From positions 2,528,001-2,592,000 of the forward strand of contig OY970359.1 in the NCBI GenBank assembly GCA_963718665.1: a stretch of 64,000 bases of DNA, in the 5' to 3' direction. Origin of the DNA: an uncultured Phycisphaerales bacterium (GTDB lineage Bacteria; Planctomycetota; Phycisphaerae; Sedimentisphaerales; Anaerobacaceae). Position 1 is the first letter of the stretch. Each line of letters opens with the position of its first letter. The translations under genes and the position numbers were made by a program. Positions 50,138 through 60,793 of this stretch are shown piece after piece. The notes under the pieces were generated by a model. The model saw nothing but the letters and a program-made list of their open reading frames with translations, was not told the DNA's origin and made no database searches.

Positions 50138-52221
50138 ATGACAGACAGTAAGCTGAAAAAAATAACCGTTGCCCTGGCCGGCAACCCGAACAGCGGCAAG
50201 ACCAGCGTATTCAATATGCTGACGGGCGCCAGCCACCACGTTGCCAATTACCCCGGCACAACTGTAGAAACGGTCCAGGGGACGCGCACGCACGGGGATT
50301 TTCGCATTGTATTTGTTGACCTGCCGGCGCATACGGCCTGACCACGTTTTCCGCGGAAGAGCTGGTCGCACGCAATTTTATAATCGATGAAAAACCCGAC
50401 ATTGTTGTTAACGTCATCGACGCCTCGAACCTGGAGCGGAATTTGTATCTGACCACCCAGCTAATCGAGCTTGGCGTGCCGATTGTCCTGGCTTTCAATA
50501 TGAGCGATATAGCGGCTCGGCGGGGTATCGTCTTTGATACGGACCGGCTTTCCGAGCTTTTCGAAGCCCCTATTGTTCGCACCGTTGCAAGTAAATCACA
50601 AGGCCGACTTGATTTGCTCAACGTTATTGTCGCCGAAGTAAACGCTCCGCGAAAGCTCAGAACTCATCATATAACTTACGGCGACGAAATCGAAAACGCA
50701 CTGAGACAAATCGAGCCGCTTGTCCGTTTTGAGCAGCCGGCTCTTGCCGCAAGGTATGGCCCGAAATGGATTGCCCTCAAGCTGCTCGAACAGGACGGCG
50801 GCATAATCACGAAAGTCGGGGGCGGCCGGCTTATCGAAGTTGTTAATGGTACTGTTGCCAAGCTAAAGACCATTTTCGGCGACGACCCCGAGGTAATCAT
50901 TGCCGAAAGACGATACGGCTTCATTTCCGGCGCATGTCAGGAAAGCGTAAAAAATACTGTTGAGCTTACTCATACCACAAGCGACCTTGCCGACGTGGTC
51001 CTCACCCACCGCGTATTCGGCCTGCCCATTTTTTTGCTGATGATGTACATGGTTTTTTATTTAACGTTTTCAATTGCCGCTTACCCGATGGCTTGGCTGG
51101 AGCAATTTTTCGGCTGGTTGTCATCGGCGATTGCTTTAATCTGGTTCTCGCATGATGGTAACTGGCTGCGCTCACTTATAATTGACGGTATAATCCCCGG
51201 CGTGGGCGGCGTCCTCGTATTTTTGCCCAATATTCTTCTTCTTTTTCTCGCAATCGCCGTCCTCGAAGATTCCGGCTATATGGCCCGTGCCGCCTTTATT
51301 ATGGACCGGCTGATGCACAAAATCGGTCTCCACGGCAAAAGCTTCATCCCTATGCTCATAGGTTTCGGCTGCTCGGTTCCCGCAATTATGGCCACCCGAA
51401 TTCTCGAAAATAAACGCAACCGACTCACAACCATTATGATTTTACCCCTGATGAGCTGCGGCGCACGCCTGACTATTTACGGCCTTCTCATACCCGCTTT
51501 TTTCCCGCAGAACTGGCGCGGGCCTGTCCTGTGGCTTATATATCTGACTGGCATTGTCCTGGCCGTCATTGCCGCAAAGGTCTTGCGTCTCACGGTTTTC
51601 CGCGGCGATAACACCGACTTCGTTATGGAGCTGCCTCCTTATCGTGTCCCTACCTTCAAATCGCTTTCTGCTCACACCTGGCTGCGGGGCTGGTTATATC
51701 TCAAAAAAGCGGGTACCGTTATTCTTGTCTTTTCAATTATCCTCTGGGCCGCGATGAATTATCCCAGGGTCAGCGAACAATCTGTTGCCGGATTGTCCCC
51801 GGACCAAATCCGGCAGGCACAGCTTGCCAATTCTGTTATTGGCAGGGTCGGGCGGGCAATCGAGCCGGTTATTAAACCTCTCGGCTTTGACTGGAAAATC
51901 GGAACTGCCCTCATCGGCGCAACCGCGGCAAAAGAATTATTCGTCTCACAATTAGGCATTATATACGCCGTATCTTCCCACAGAGATTCTTCTGCCACCA
52001 CACTCCGTCAGCATTTACAGGCCGATTATTCTTCGCTTGTCGGCTTTTGTATAATGCTGTTTTGCCTGATTAGCTCCCCCTGTGTCGCTACCCTTGCCGT
52101 CACACGTTCGGAAACTAATTCTTGGTTCTGGGCCGCCTTCCAGTTTGTTTTTCTCACCGTGCTGGCCTATATCATTACCTTTGCTGTTTATCAGATTGGC
52201 TCACTCGTTATGGCTTTATAA
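50138..52221 (+). CDS. feoB: Ferrous iron transport protein B, frameshifted near 50325 (probable consensus error)
   Basis: G1 GNPNSGKT, NYPGTTVE; DLP(G)AYGL broken by one missing base; LEDSGYMARAA, GFGCSVPAIM, FVMELP.Y, AKELFVS. Confidence 0.93.
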
Positions 52222-52226
52222 CGGCT

Positions 52227-53873
52227 TTAGTATTGATAGTAGAGGGGGTCGATTTGCAGCCAGTTCTGTGCCAGTATCGCGAAGTCGGCAAAATCTATAA
52301 CGCCGTTGGGGGCCAGCAGTGAATCAAGCGGCGAGTCATCCGACAGCCAGTCCGCGGCCAATGTCGATAAATCGTTGTAGTTCACGACATAATCTATTGG
52401 CGGCAAATCGCCCGCCATAATCGGATGAAGTTCAAAAGCAAAGCCGTAATTGGCTGTCTCGTTGCTCGTCGAGTTATTCGCAATTGTGATTGTATAATCG
52501 CCAGGCGTGAGTATGAGCAGGTCACATTTTATAAGATTGTCACTGGTATTGTAGCCAAACATGGTTTTGTTAAAAATTGCGTTCGGCTCACCCGGCGCAC
52601 AAACATTCATATCGATGTTGGCCAAATGGGCGTACATCATATTGTCTATCCTTCGCAGCCAGGTGGTTGTTGCTATAAGCCGGCACCTTTGCGCTATATG
52701 AATCGTGTAAACATTTGTTGCCCCTTGCCCAATCCGACCGAATCCCCAGCCCCTGTCCTGTGTGATTGTCGTTCCGGGCTCGACTTCGTTGGTATCCAGC
52801 AGTTGATAAGCTCGAAGACAATCAAGCCGACCATAACCCCTGTCCGCCTGCCAGGTATTGTTCGAATCTGCCGGATTTGTGCTGATGTCCGTTTTACTGT
52901 TAACATTCGGCATCGCGGAATTAACCAGCACCGCCTTTATTACAACGCTGCTATTATCATTCGGCCCCGGTGTTGTGTCCGCAAGTTCCAGTAACAGTGC
53001 AGCCGCCCCTGCGGCATGCGGTTCCGCCCAACTCGTTTCCCCGCCTGTTGACCCAACCGTCGTCCATGCTGTATCACTGCTCGATGTTGGCACTATCTGA
53101 TTTTGTGATGGTGCGGTTATATCCGGCTTGCGTCTGCCGTCTGTTGTTGGCCCGGAACCGCTTATAAGTCCCGCCCAGCGATAGTCAGAGGGGTTATTCG
53201 GGTCGGTAAGCCGAAGTCCGCCCGTGGTTATGCCGTTATAAGCGTCGCCAAATATGGTAACATACGTGTTTCGATTGCCCGCCGCATTTACAAAAGTCAC
53301 GCCATACTGATACGCATAATAATCGTAAAGCAGTGTCCATGGGCTATTGCCGTTAGGTTCGGTTCCTGTCCCTGTAGTAAATTCGAACCCGGTAACAATC
53401 ACACGGCAATTATAATCTTCAATCAGCTCATTGAGGGCGTTAATAAGCCATGTGCTTGAAACGTTTCCGCTGTTGTCCGAAACTCTTGCAGAGTAAATAA
53501 CCGCTCCTGGAGCTACTCCGATTTCGTTCGGATATGCGGCTCCACCGTTGCTCGCGATTATTCCTGCCAATTGCGTGTCGTGTGCGGTAATCGAATTACC
53601 GTCGCCTGTGAAGTCGTAATCAAAAGCATGTATAATGCCGTTGGCGTCTTGGAAGGCCTCATGTGTGGTTAGCACACTGTCAGCCGATATGAATCCGACA
53701 TTAACGCCTTTTCCCGTAATGCCGAGTTGGTGCACCGCTATTGCATCAGACCCGTCTGGACCGGTTGATTCCACCAGACCGTATGCCTTCTGCGTCAGCA
53801 CACAATATTGTGCTGAAACTATGACACCCCACAACGCCATGATTCGGGCGTATCTGCTCACACCGTCCTCCAT
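52227..53873 (-). CDS. S8 (subtilisin-like) serine peptidase with a C-terminal dockerin/EF-hand-like tail
   Basis: HDTQLAGII, GVAPGA, AAGN, KPDITAP, ETSWAEPHAAG, GYGRLD; tail VNYNDL..LAADWL / GVIDFADFAILAQNWL. Start may be the GTG at 53861. Confidence 0.88.
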   Translation of the reverse strand: MEDGVSRYARIMALWGVIVSAQYCVLTQKAYGLVESTGPDGSDAIAVHQLGITGKGVNVGFISADSVLTTHEAFQDANGIIHAFDYDFTGDGNSITAHDTQLAGIIASNGGAAYPNEIGVAPGAVIYSARVSDNSGNVSSTWLINALNELIEDYNCRVIVTGFEFTTGTGTEPNGNSPWTLLYDYYAYQYGVTFVNAAGNRNTYVTIFGDAYNGITTGGLRLTDPNNPSDYRWAGLISGSGPTTDGRRKPDITAPSQNQIVPTSSSDTAWTTVGSTGGETSWAEPHAAGAAALLLELADTTPGPNDNSSVVIKAVLVNSAMPNVNSKTDISTNPADSNNTWQADRGYGRLDCLRAYQLLDTNEVEPGTTITQDRGWGFGRIGQGATNVYTIHIAQRCRLIATTTWLRRIDNMMYAHLANIDMNVCAPGEPNAIFNKTMFGYNTSDNLIKCDLLILTPGDYTITIANNSTSNETANYGFAFELHPIMAGDLPPIDYVVNYNDLSTLAADWLSDDSPLDSLLAPNGVIDFADFAILAQNWLQIDPLYYQY

Positions 53874-53983
53874 GAACAATCAGCATAAAACTAGGTTCCA
53901 TATTATAGCCAGAAACAGGCCGAAAAATCAAGGGAAATCGCCTCTATACCTGTTTAAAACAGGAAGAATTTGATACTTTGCGG

Positions 53984-54946
53984 TTACTGCCTGAACCATT
54001 CAACAAACTGCTTCAAGCCCTCGCTGATGTCGGTATTCGGATTATACCCCAAATCCCTGTGGGCTTTTGTAACGTCCGCGTATGTCCGCTCCACGTCCCC
54101 CGGCTGCAAAGGCAATCGCTCTATAACCGCTTTTTTGCCCAACGCCTTTTCAATCTCACCAATAAGGTTATTGACTGTTATCGGTCTTGATTCGCCGAGG
54201 TTGTAAATGTTATAACCGGTACACTTTTTAATGCCCGCCACTGTCCCGTCGATTATGTCGTCTATATAGGTGAAGTCCCGCATCATACTGCCATCGCCAT
54301 AAATGGGTATAGGTTTGCCGTCCTCGATTAGCCGGGCGAATTTGTGAATCGCCAAATCGGGCCTTTGCCTCGGCCCGTAAACCGTGAAAAACCGCAGGCA
54401 GGTCATCGATATGCTGGCGAGGTGATGATAAGTATGACAAATCAACTCGCCCGCTTTTTTGGTCGCCGCGTATGGCGAAATCGGAAAATCGACGTTGTCG
54501 TCTTCCGAGAAGGGAACTTTTTTATTATTGCCGTAAACGCTTGAGCTTGAGGCGAACACAAACTTTTTTATGTTGTTCTTTTTAGCCGCTTCGAGCAGTG
54601 TAACCGTCCCGTTTATATTCACGTCCGCGTAAAGCGCCGGCTGCGCAATCGATGGCCTCACCCCGGCTCTTGCCGCCAGATGAACTACTACATCGGCCTG
54701 TGGTGAGCTTGTCGAATCCATGCCATCGCTCACTGCCTTATTCATAGCCGCCGAATCGCGTATGTCTGCCTCGACTAATTTGAATTGCTTATTCCGCAGA
54801 CAATCTTTGATATTGTTATGTTTTACCTGCGGGTCGTAAAAATTATCGAAGTTATCCACCCCGACGACTGTCCATCCGTCTTTCAACAGCCGTTCGCACA
54901 AATGCGACCCGATAAATCCCGCCGCTCCCGTTACTATCGCCTTCAT
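53984..54946 (-). CDS. NAD-dependent epimerase (UDP-glucuronate 4-epimerase-like)
   Basis: TGAAGFIGSH, HLAARAGVR, ASSSSVYG, YAATK, RFFTVYGP..RPD, QPGDV. Confidence 0.93.
   Translation of the reverse strand: MKAIVTGAAGFIGSHLCERLLKDGWTVVGVDNFDNFYDPQVKHNNIKDCLRNKQFKLVEADIRDSAAMNKAVSDGMDSTSSPQADVVVHLAARAGVRPSIAQPALYADVNINGTVTLLEAAKKNNIKKFVFASSSSVYGNNKKVPFSEDDNVDFPISPYAATKKAGELICHTYHHLASISMTCLRFFTVYGPRQRPDLAIHKFARLIEDGKPIPIYGDGSMMRDFTYIDDIIDGTVAGIKKCTGYNIYNLGESRPITVNNLIGEIEKALGKKAVIERLPLQPGDVERTYADVTKAHRDLGYNPNTDISEGLKQFVEWFRQ
54695..54718 (-). repeat. In-frame REP-like insertion (DSTSSPQA) in the epimerase
   Basis: Minus strand gattcgacaagctcaccacaggcc, 22/24 identical to the phoR copy. Confidence 0.8.
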
Positions 54947-54955
54947 ATTAAAATC

Positions 54956-56266
54956 TCACAAAACATCTGGCCTGCCCACGCTGTGATATTCGATACCCGC
55001 CTTTTTTACGATGTCGAGGTCGTAAAGGTTTCTGCCGTCGAAAATAACCGGCTTTTTAAGTTTTTTGACGATTAGCTCGAAATCCGGATTCCGGAATTCC
55101 TGCCATTCCGTAAGGATTACAAGAGCGTCCGCGCCATCGAGCACATCATAGTCATTTTCGAATATCTCGACTTTATTGCCCAATGCCGTTTTGCCGGTCA
55201 TCCCCGCCTCAGGGTCGTATGCCCGAATTTTAAAGCCCTGCTCTAATAGTTTATTTACGCAGTTAATGGCGGGTGACTCCCGCACGTCGTCGGTTTTCGC
55301 TTTGAATGCAAGTCCCCATACTGCCAGTGTTAGACCATTGCCCTTGCCTTTGAAATAGTCGCTTATGCGTCTGGCGAATCGCTCTTGCGACGCCTCGTTG
55401 GCCTTTTGGGCCGCCTTGGCCATCTTCACTTCCATTTTTTGCTGTTCGCCTGTGTATATCAGCGCTCGGATATCCTTCGGGAAACAGCTCCCGCCGTAGC
55501 CAACCCCTGGGAATAAAAACGCTCTGCCTATTCGCGAGTCACTTCCGATTCCCTGCCGAACCGATTCCACGTCGGCGCCCATTTTCTCGCAAAGTCCCGC
55601 TATCTCGTTCATAAACGATATTCGCGTCGCGAGCATCACGTTGGCCGCGTATTTTGTCATCTCCGCCGACATCGGGTCCATAAATATAATCCGGTTGCCT
55701 TTTCGCATAAACGGGCTGTAAAGCTGCTTCATCGTCTCCCTAACCGATTCTTTTCCGGTCCCGATTATTATCCGGTCCGGGCTCATAAAGTCCTCGACAG
55801 CCGAACCTTCCTTCAAAAATTCCGGGTTGCTCACGTAATCGAATGACTTGTTGGTTTTGGCTCCCATTACTTCCGCCACTTTTTTATGTGTCCCCACCGG
55901 CACCGTGCTTTTTGTAACAACAATTCTGTAGTCGGGTATAATTTGGGCGATATCGCTCGCCACTGCCAATACCGCCGATATATCCGCGGACCCATCCGGC
56001 TGCGATGGTGTCCCAACCGCAAGAAATATTATCAGCGCGTTATCAACCCCGTGTTTTAAATCCGTCGTAAACTCGAGCCGTTTGACCTTCTCGTTACGCT
56101 GAACTATTTCGCTCAGCCCCGGCTCATAAATCGGTATTATGCCTTTTTTAAGCCCGTCGATTTTTTCCCCATCGTTGTCAACGCAAATTACGTGATTGCC
56201 CGCCTCCGCCAGGCAGCCCGCCGTAACAAGCCCTACATACCCGATTCCTACCACGCAAACCTTCAT
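54956..56266 (-). CDS. ugd: UDP-glucose 6-dehydrogenase
   Basis: GIGYVGL, PIYEPGL, KSTVPVG, NPEFLKEG, GYGGSCFPKD, DGRN. Confidence 0.95.
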   Translation of the reverse strand: MKVCVVGIGYVGLVTAGCLAEAGNHVICVDNDGEKIDGLKKGIIPIYEPGLSEIVQRNEKVKRLEFTTDLKHGVDNALIIFLAVGTPSQPDGSADISAVLAVASDIAQIIPDYRIVVTKSTVPVGTHKKVAEVMGAKTNKSFDYVSNPEFLKEGSAVEDFMSPDRIIIGTGKESVRETMKQLYSPFMRKGNRIIFMDPMSAEMTKYAANVMLATRISFMNEIAGLCEKMGADVESVRQGIGSDSRIGRAFLFPGVGYGGSCFPKDIRALIYTGEQQKMEVKMAKAAQKANEASQERFARRISDYFKGKGNGLTLAVWGLAFKAKTDDVRESPAINCVNKLLEQGFKIRAYDPEAGMTGKTALGNKVEIFENDYDVLDGADALVILTEWQEFRNPDFELIVKKLKKPVIFDGRNLYDLDIVKKAGIEYHSVGRPDVL

Positions 56267-56285
56267 TCGACCTGATTCTCCTTCT

Positions 56286-56849
56286 TTAGATTCCCTCGGT
56301 TTCGTCAATTGCTTCTATCATATCCGTGCCTATCTCTACACTGGCCGCCTGGCCCAGCATATCTATTTGAAGCACAAGCCGTGTCTCATTCCTGGTCTTT
56401 ACGACTATTCCCGCAAGCCCCGCCAGCGCGCCGCCAATCACTTTGCATCTTTGCCCGACCTTGATGTAATCGTGAGGCGACAAAATCGCGCCTCCAGCTA
56501 TTGCACGCTCTATCTGCGACAACTCTTCGACTAATCGCTGCTGGTTTCTGACGTCTATCAGGTTCGCGACCCTGTTCGTTTTTAGCGTCTCAACCCGCTG
56601 TCTTTCGTCTCCGCAGAAAAACAAATATCCGCCAAATATCGGCAGCAGCGACTTTATCGTCCTGCCCCGCGTCTTTTTTACCTTCCAGCTCATCGGCAGA
56701 AAATAACTTATGCCTTTGCCCGCCAAATCACTCGCAAGCGCCTTTTCATTCCGGCTTTTGGTGTGCGCAACCCACCATTGCCCCGCGAACTCGCGAAGCG
56801 TTTTCCCCTCGGGCCAAATCATCGCCGGATTGTCGCTGGGCTTCAGCAA
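56286..56849 (-). CDS. NusG paralogue (UpxY/RfaH/LoaP-like antiterminator)
   Basis: WWVAHTKSRNEK, FLP, LPIFGGYLF, KOW GQRCKVIGG.LAGL.G; TTG start with GGAG SD. Confidence 0.88.
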   Translation of the reverse strand: MLKPSDNPAMIWPEGKTLREFAGQWWVAHTKSRNEKALASDLAGKGISYFLPMSWKVKKTRGRTIKSLLPIFGGYLFFCGDERQRVETLKTNRVANLIDVRNQQRLVEELSQIERAIAGGAILSPHDYIKVGQRCKVIGGALAGLAGIVVKTRNETRLVLQIDMLGQAASVEIGTDMIEAIDETEGI

Positions 56850-56867
56850 ACGCGATTCTCCATAATC

Positions 56868-57968
56868 CTATTTATAAAACTCAAGCACCGTTTTGCCAAC
56901 GTGCTCTATCTGTTCGGACGTCAACTCCTGGTATATCGGCAGCGATAAAACGCTTTCCGTAATCTTTTCAGCAGCCGGGAAGTCGCCTTTTTTATACCCA
57001 AGCCCTTTGAAGCAATCCTGTAAATGCAATGGCTGCGGATAAAATATCCCGCTGCCGATACCATGTTTTGACAGATGCACTTGCAGCATATCTCTCTTCG
57101 GCACGGTTATTGTGTATTGATGATAAATACTCACGTTATTTTGCTCAATCTTCTGCGACTTAACTATCGTCCCGGCAAACATACTATTATAAATCGCCGC
57201 GTTGTCTCTTCGCTTTTTGTTCCATTCATCAAGATATTTCAGTTTCACGCTCAATACCGCGCCCTGGATATTATCCATCCTGAAGTTGCCGCCTATCATT
57301 CGATAGTAATATCTCGGGTTTTCGCCGTGCACCCTCATCAGCCGAATCTTTTCCGCCAGCGCATCATTGTTTGTTACGACCATACCCGCATCGCCGAATG
57401 CTCCGATGTTCTTCGTCGGGTAAAACGAATAGCACCCGATGTCGCCGATACTGCCCGCCTGCTTGCCATCCTGAGTTGCACCCATTGCCTGTGCCGCGTC
57501 CTCAATAACGAGCAATTTGTGCTGGCGTGCGATTTCCATAATCGGCTGCATTTGTGCTATCTGGCCGAAAATATGCACTGGTATAATCGCGCGTGTCTTT
57601 TTGGTTATTTTTGCCTGAATCTTCGCCGGGTCGATATTGAACGTCCCGGCATCGACATCCACAAAAACTGGTTTCGCCCCGACTCGCGATACCGTTCCCG
57701 CGGTCGCGAAAAAAGTAAACGGCGTCGTGATTACCTCGTCACCCGGCCCTATCCCCGCTGCCATCAAGCTCAGCAGCAGCGCGTCTGTCCCGCTCGAAAC
57801 CCCCGTTGCATATTTGCATCCGCAGTACGCGGCCGCTTCCTTTTCGAATCGCTCCACCGCAGGTCCAAGGCACAATATCTGGCTGCTGCATACCTCCTCA
57901 ACCGCCCGCATCAGCTCGCTTTTATATTTCGCGAACTGCGCCTTCAAATCGAGCATCACAACCTGCAT
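56868..57968 (-). CDS. DegT/DnrJ/EryC1/StrS-family aminotransferase
   Basis: SSGTDAL, GDEVITTPFTFFAT, EDAAQA, SFYPTKN, YHQY. Confidence 0.95.
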   Translation of the reverse strand: MQVVMLDLKAQFAKYKSELMRAVEEVCSSQILCLGPAVERFEKEAAAYCGCKYATGVSSGTDALLLSLMAAGIGPGDEVITTPFTFFATAGTVSRVGAKPVFVDVDAGTFNIDPAKIQAKITKKTRAIIPVHIFGQIAQMQPIMEIARQHKLLVIEDAAQAMGATQDGKQAGSIGDIGCYSFYPTKNIGAFGDAGMVVTNNDALAEKIRLMRVHGENPRYYYRMIGGNFRMDNIQGAVLSVKLKYLDEWNKKRRDNAAIYNSMFAGTIVKSQKIEQNNVSIYHQYTITVPKRDMLQVHLSKHGIGSGIFYPQPLHLQDCFKGLGYKKGDFPAAEKITESVLSLPIYQELTSEQIEHVGKTVLEFYK

Positions 57969-57988
57969 CGTTTCACCTCATCCTTGTC

Positions 57989-58933
57989 TTATATCGTTGC
58001 CGTCAGGTATTCCGTTTCCGCTGAAAAACGCATCACTCCGCCGTATGCCGCCGGAATCAGTATCGTATCGCCGGCCCTGAATTCAACCGTGTTCCCTTTC
58101 TCCGCAATCGTCCCGAATCCGCTCATAATCATAATCGTCTTCATTTTCCCGGCTGTCAGCAGCATCTCGCAGCTCCTCGCCTGGTGTCCCTTGTCAACCT
58201 TGAAACAGTCGCTATCAACAAGTCGCCCGACCGATGCTACCGAAAGGTTATCTCCAGAGGGGTCAAAATGAATGCTCTCCAGCGCCTCCTCGATATGAAG
58301 CGGCCTCGGCTTACCCTTGTCATCCACCCTGTTCCAGTCAAACACCCGGTATGTTGTATCTGATGGCGTCTGAATTTCCGCTATCAGCAATCCCGCCCCA
58401 ATCGCGTGAGGCGTCCCCGCGGGCAGAAAATGACATTCACCGACCTTCACAGGCACCTTGACCAGCAGCCGTTCGACCGTTCCGTTTTTTATCGCTTGTG
58501 CAAACTTTTCTCTTGTTGTGCCTTTTTTCAGTCCCTTGTAAATCACCGCCCCTGGCTGTACCTGAATGATATACCAGCACTCCGTCTTGAAATCGCCCTT
58601 ACCCATCCTCTTGCAGGTTTCTTTGTCTGGGTGAACCTGCACGCTAAGCACGTCTCCGCAGTCCAGTAATTTTATCAGCAGCGGAAGGGGCAGCTTGAAT
58701 TGCTCCGCCCCGGTTATTTCCTTCGTGTATTTACGAATCACCGATTCGATCGTATCGCCCGATAGTTCGCCGTTGACGATTTTCGACTTGTCCGCGGGCA
58801 GGTCCGCCAGTTCCCAGCTTTCACCGATGCGTTTGCCCTTGGGCATTTCTCTGCCGAACACCTCGCGCAGCTTGTTTCCGCCCCATATTCGCTCTTTGTA
58901 TATCGGCCCGAATTTTAATGGATATGCCTGCAT
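57989..58933 (-). CDS. manA: Mannose-6-phosphate isomerase (type I)
   Basis: PIYKERIWGG, GESWE, LSVQVHP, KTECW, GTPHAIG, EIQTPSDTTYR. Confidence 0.92.
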   Translation of the reverse strand: MQAYPLKFGPIYKERIWGGNKLREVFGREMPKGKRIGESWELADLPADKSKIVNGELSGDTIESVIRKYTKEITGAEQFKLPLPLLIKLLDCGDVLSVQVHPDKETCKRMGKGDFKTECWYIIQVQPGAVIYKGLKKGTTREKFAQAIKNGTVERLLVKVPVKVGECHFLPAGTPHAIGAGLLIAEIQTPSDTTYRVFDWNRVDDKGKPRPLHIEEALESIHFDPSGDNLSVASVGRLVDSDCFKVDKGHQARSCEMLLTAGKMKTIMIMSGFGTIAEKGNTVEFRAGDTILIPAAYGGVMRFSAETEYLTATI

Positions 58934-58938
58934 ACCCC

Positions 58939-59838
58939 CTATGTTAATCCGGCAGGGGGGTATTGTCCAGCCCTGCGTAGCTTTAGCGCAGTAGGGTCCA
59001 CAGTTTGATGCCGGCGAATCATTATGTTGGCCGCGCATTTTGAACCTGCGCAGACGGCCAGTATTATCCCGAATACGGTTACGACGGAAGCCCCTGTGGG
59101 CAAATCCCATTTTGCCGAGGCATAAAGCCCCAGGACACTTGCCGCAAACCCAAGCCCCCAGCCAATCAATAACCGGCCTGCCACGCCCCTTACAAAAAAC
59201 ATTGCACAAACTGCCGGAACCACTAAGTAACTGAAAACCAGCAGCACACCCGCTACACGCACCGAACTTGTTACGACAAAACCAAATGTAACGTAGAAAA
59301 TAAAATCCCATAAACGAATCCACAGGCCGCTCTCACGGGCCAGTTGCGGTTCTATTGAGATTAGCAGGAATTTTTTTCTTAACAGAAAATGCAATAACCC
59401 CACGGCTATATATATTACTGAAATTTTTAATATCTGGGGCCACGTTACAAAAAGGATGCTCCCGACCAGCATATCTTTTATCGCCTCCTCGCCGTGGGGG
59501 GCCTTGTCGAGAACAAGAATTGCCGCGGCGGAGCTTACAGCATACACAATCCCGATGATTGCCTCCTGTGGGACGGATTCATCACGAACCCGTCCCAAAG
59601 CGAACAACCCTGCGCCAACAAAGGTAAAGCCAAGGGCAATCAGATACGCCTCTGTGCTGTGCAGCTCGTATCCGGCCAATAACGCTACTGTGCTGCCAAG
59701 AGCTGCCACTTGCGCCAAAGCCAAATCCACGAATATCACGCCGCGAGATACGATGTGGATGCCTAAGTAGCAGTGTATCCCCGTAAGTATCAGGCACGCC
59801 ACGAACGGCAATAACAGCAATTCAATCATCCCATTCAT
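58939..59838 (-). CDS. Metal (Zn/Mn) ABC transporter permease
   Basis: GIHIVSRGVIFVDLALAQ, EAIIG, GVLLVFSYLVVPA. Confidence 0.9.
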   Translation of the reverse strand: MNGMIELLLLPFVACLILTGIHCYLGIHIVSRGVIFVDLALAQVAALGSTVALLAGYELHSTEAYLIALGFTFVGAGLFALGRVRDESVPQEAIIGIVYAVSSAAAILVLDKAPHGEEAIKDMLVGSILFVTWPQILKISVIYIAVGLLHFLLRKKFLLISIEPQLARESGLWIRLWDFIFYVTFGFVVTSSVRVAGVLLVFSYLVVPAVCAMFFVRGVAGRLLIGWGLGFAASVLGLYASAKWDLPTGASVVTVFGIILAVCAGSKCAANIMIRRHQTVDPTALKLRRAGQYPPAGLT

Positions 59839-60776
59839 TTTGATGTCTCGCTTAATGCTTCGCTCAACCGGTTAACTACATTGTCCAGCATCGCTATATA
59901 GTCCTTAACCTGCTCGTTGACGGCGTTGGGAACAACGACCACTTTTGCGCCGGTCTTCTTCGCCACTGCCTCCGCATCATCACGGTTATAAAACGGCTCC
60001 ATTAAAATAACCCTAGCTTTCTCCGATTTCATTGTGTTTATCACTTCGAGGATATGCCCCGGTCCAGGCGGTATTCCCGGTTTCGGCTCAAGCTCAGCGA
60101 CCACGTCAAGATTGAATCGGTTAGCAAAATAGGGCCAACTGCGATGGTAGATAACGATTTTTGAATGTTCAAACGGCTTGAGTTTGGCAACCCACCCGGC
60201 CATAGCGTTATCCAGCTTTGAAAGAAACGCCGCCAGATTACGGTCGTAATCTCCCGCGTGCTCAGGGTCAAGCTGCTTGAGACGCTGGCAGATGTTTTTC
60301 GCTATGATTCTGCCGTTGTAAGGGTCGAGCCAGTAATGCGGGTTGCCCAAAGGATGAACGTCACCCATCGACCGGTCTATTTTCCCGGTGGGAACCTCGA
60401 GTTTCATAATTCCTTCGGAAGCGTCCAAATGGCCCGGCGTGTTGATTTGTATCCGCGGATTACGCGAGCCCTGAAGAATCAAACCTTCATAGCCGATTTC
60501 CAGTTCCATGCCCACGCATATCCAAAGGTCCGCTTTCCTGGCCTTCATCATATAACTTGGTTTGGCCTGAATAAAATGCGGGTCTTCATCACCGCTGCCA
60601 ATGGAGGTAACCGAAACGTGTTCGCCGCCGACCGACTCTGCTATTGACGCAAAGGTTGGGGTCGTTGTTACAACATTTAATTTGTCCGCACCAAAACACC
60701 GGCAGGGGAGCAGGATAAACAAGACGCTCAAAATGAAGCAGGGGAAAAACGCCCGTTGAAACTTAATCGAATTCAT
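59835..60776 (-). CDS. Metal ABC transporter substrate-binding protein (ZnuA/TroA-like)
   Basis: DPHF, GDVHPLGNPHYWLDP, YHRSWPY, EPKPGIPP. Confidence 0.92.
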   Translation of the reverse strand: MNSIKFQRAFFPCFILSVLFILLPCRCFGADKLNVVTTTPTFASIAESVGGEHVSVTSIGSGDEDPHFIQAKPSYMMKARKADLWICVGMELEIGYEGLILQGSRNPRIQINTPGHLDASEGIMKLEVPTGKIDRSMGDVHPLGNPHYWLDPYNGRIIAKNICQRLKQLDPEHAGDYDRNLAAFLSKLDNAMAGWVAKLKPFEHSKIVIYHRSWPYFANRFNLDVVAELEPKPGIPPGPGHILEVINTMKSEKARVILMEPFYNRDDAEAVAKKTGAKVVVVPNAVNEQVKDYIAMLDNVVNRLSEALSETSK

Positions 60777-60793
60777 AATTTGTCTCCTTCTTA

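Noticed and set aside
50315..50341. Programmed frameshifting in feoB, larC, nitronate monooxygenase or the methyltransferase
   Set aside because: No slippery heptamer or stimulatory structure, and the feoB break falls in the conserved DLPG motif; consensus error or recent mutation is simpler.
57075..58271. 398-aa plus-strand ORF, and similar antisense ORFs at 45542-46270, 35637-36221 and 22681-23322
   Set aside because: Antisense shadows of well-supported genes, with no recognisable motifs.
58934..59323. Long N-terminal extension of ManA
   Set aside because: It overlaps the permease gene in another frame; PMI similarity begins at the ATG at 58933, which has a GGGGG SD.
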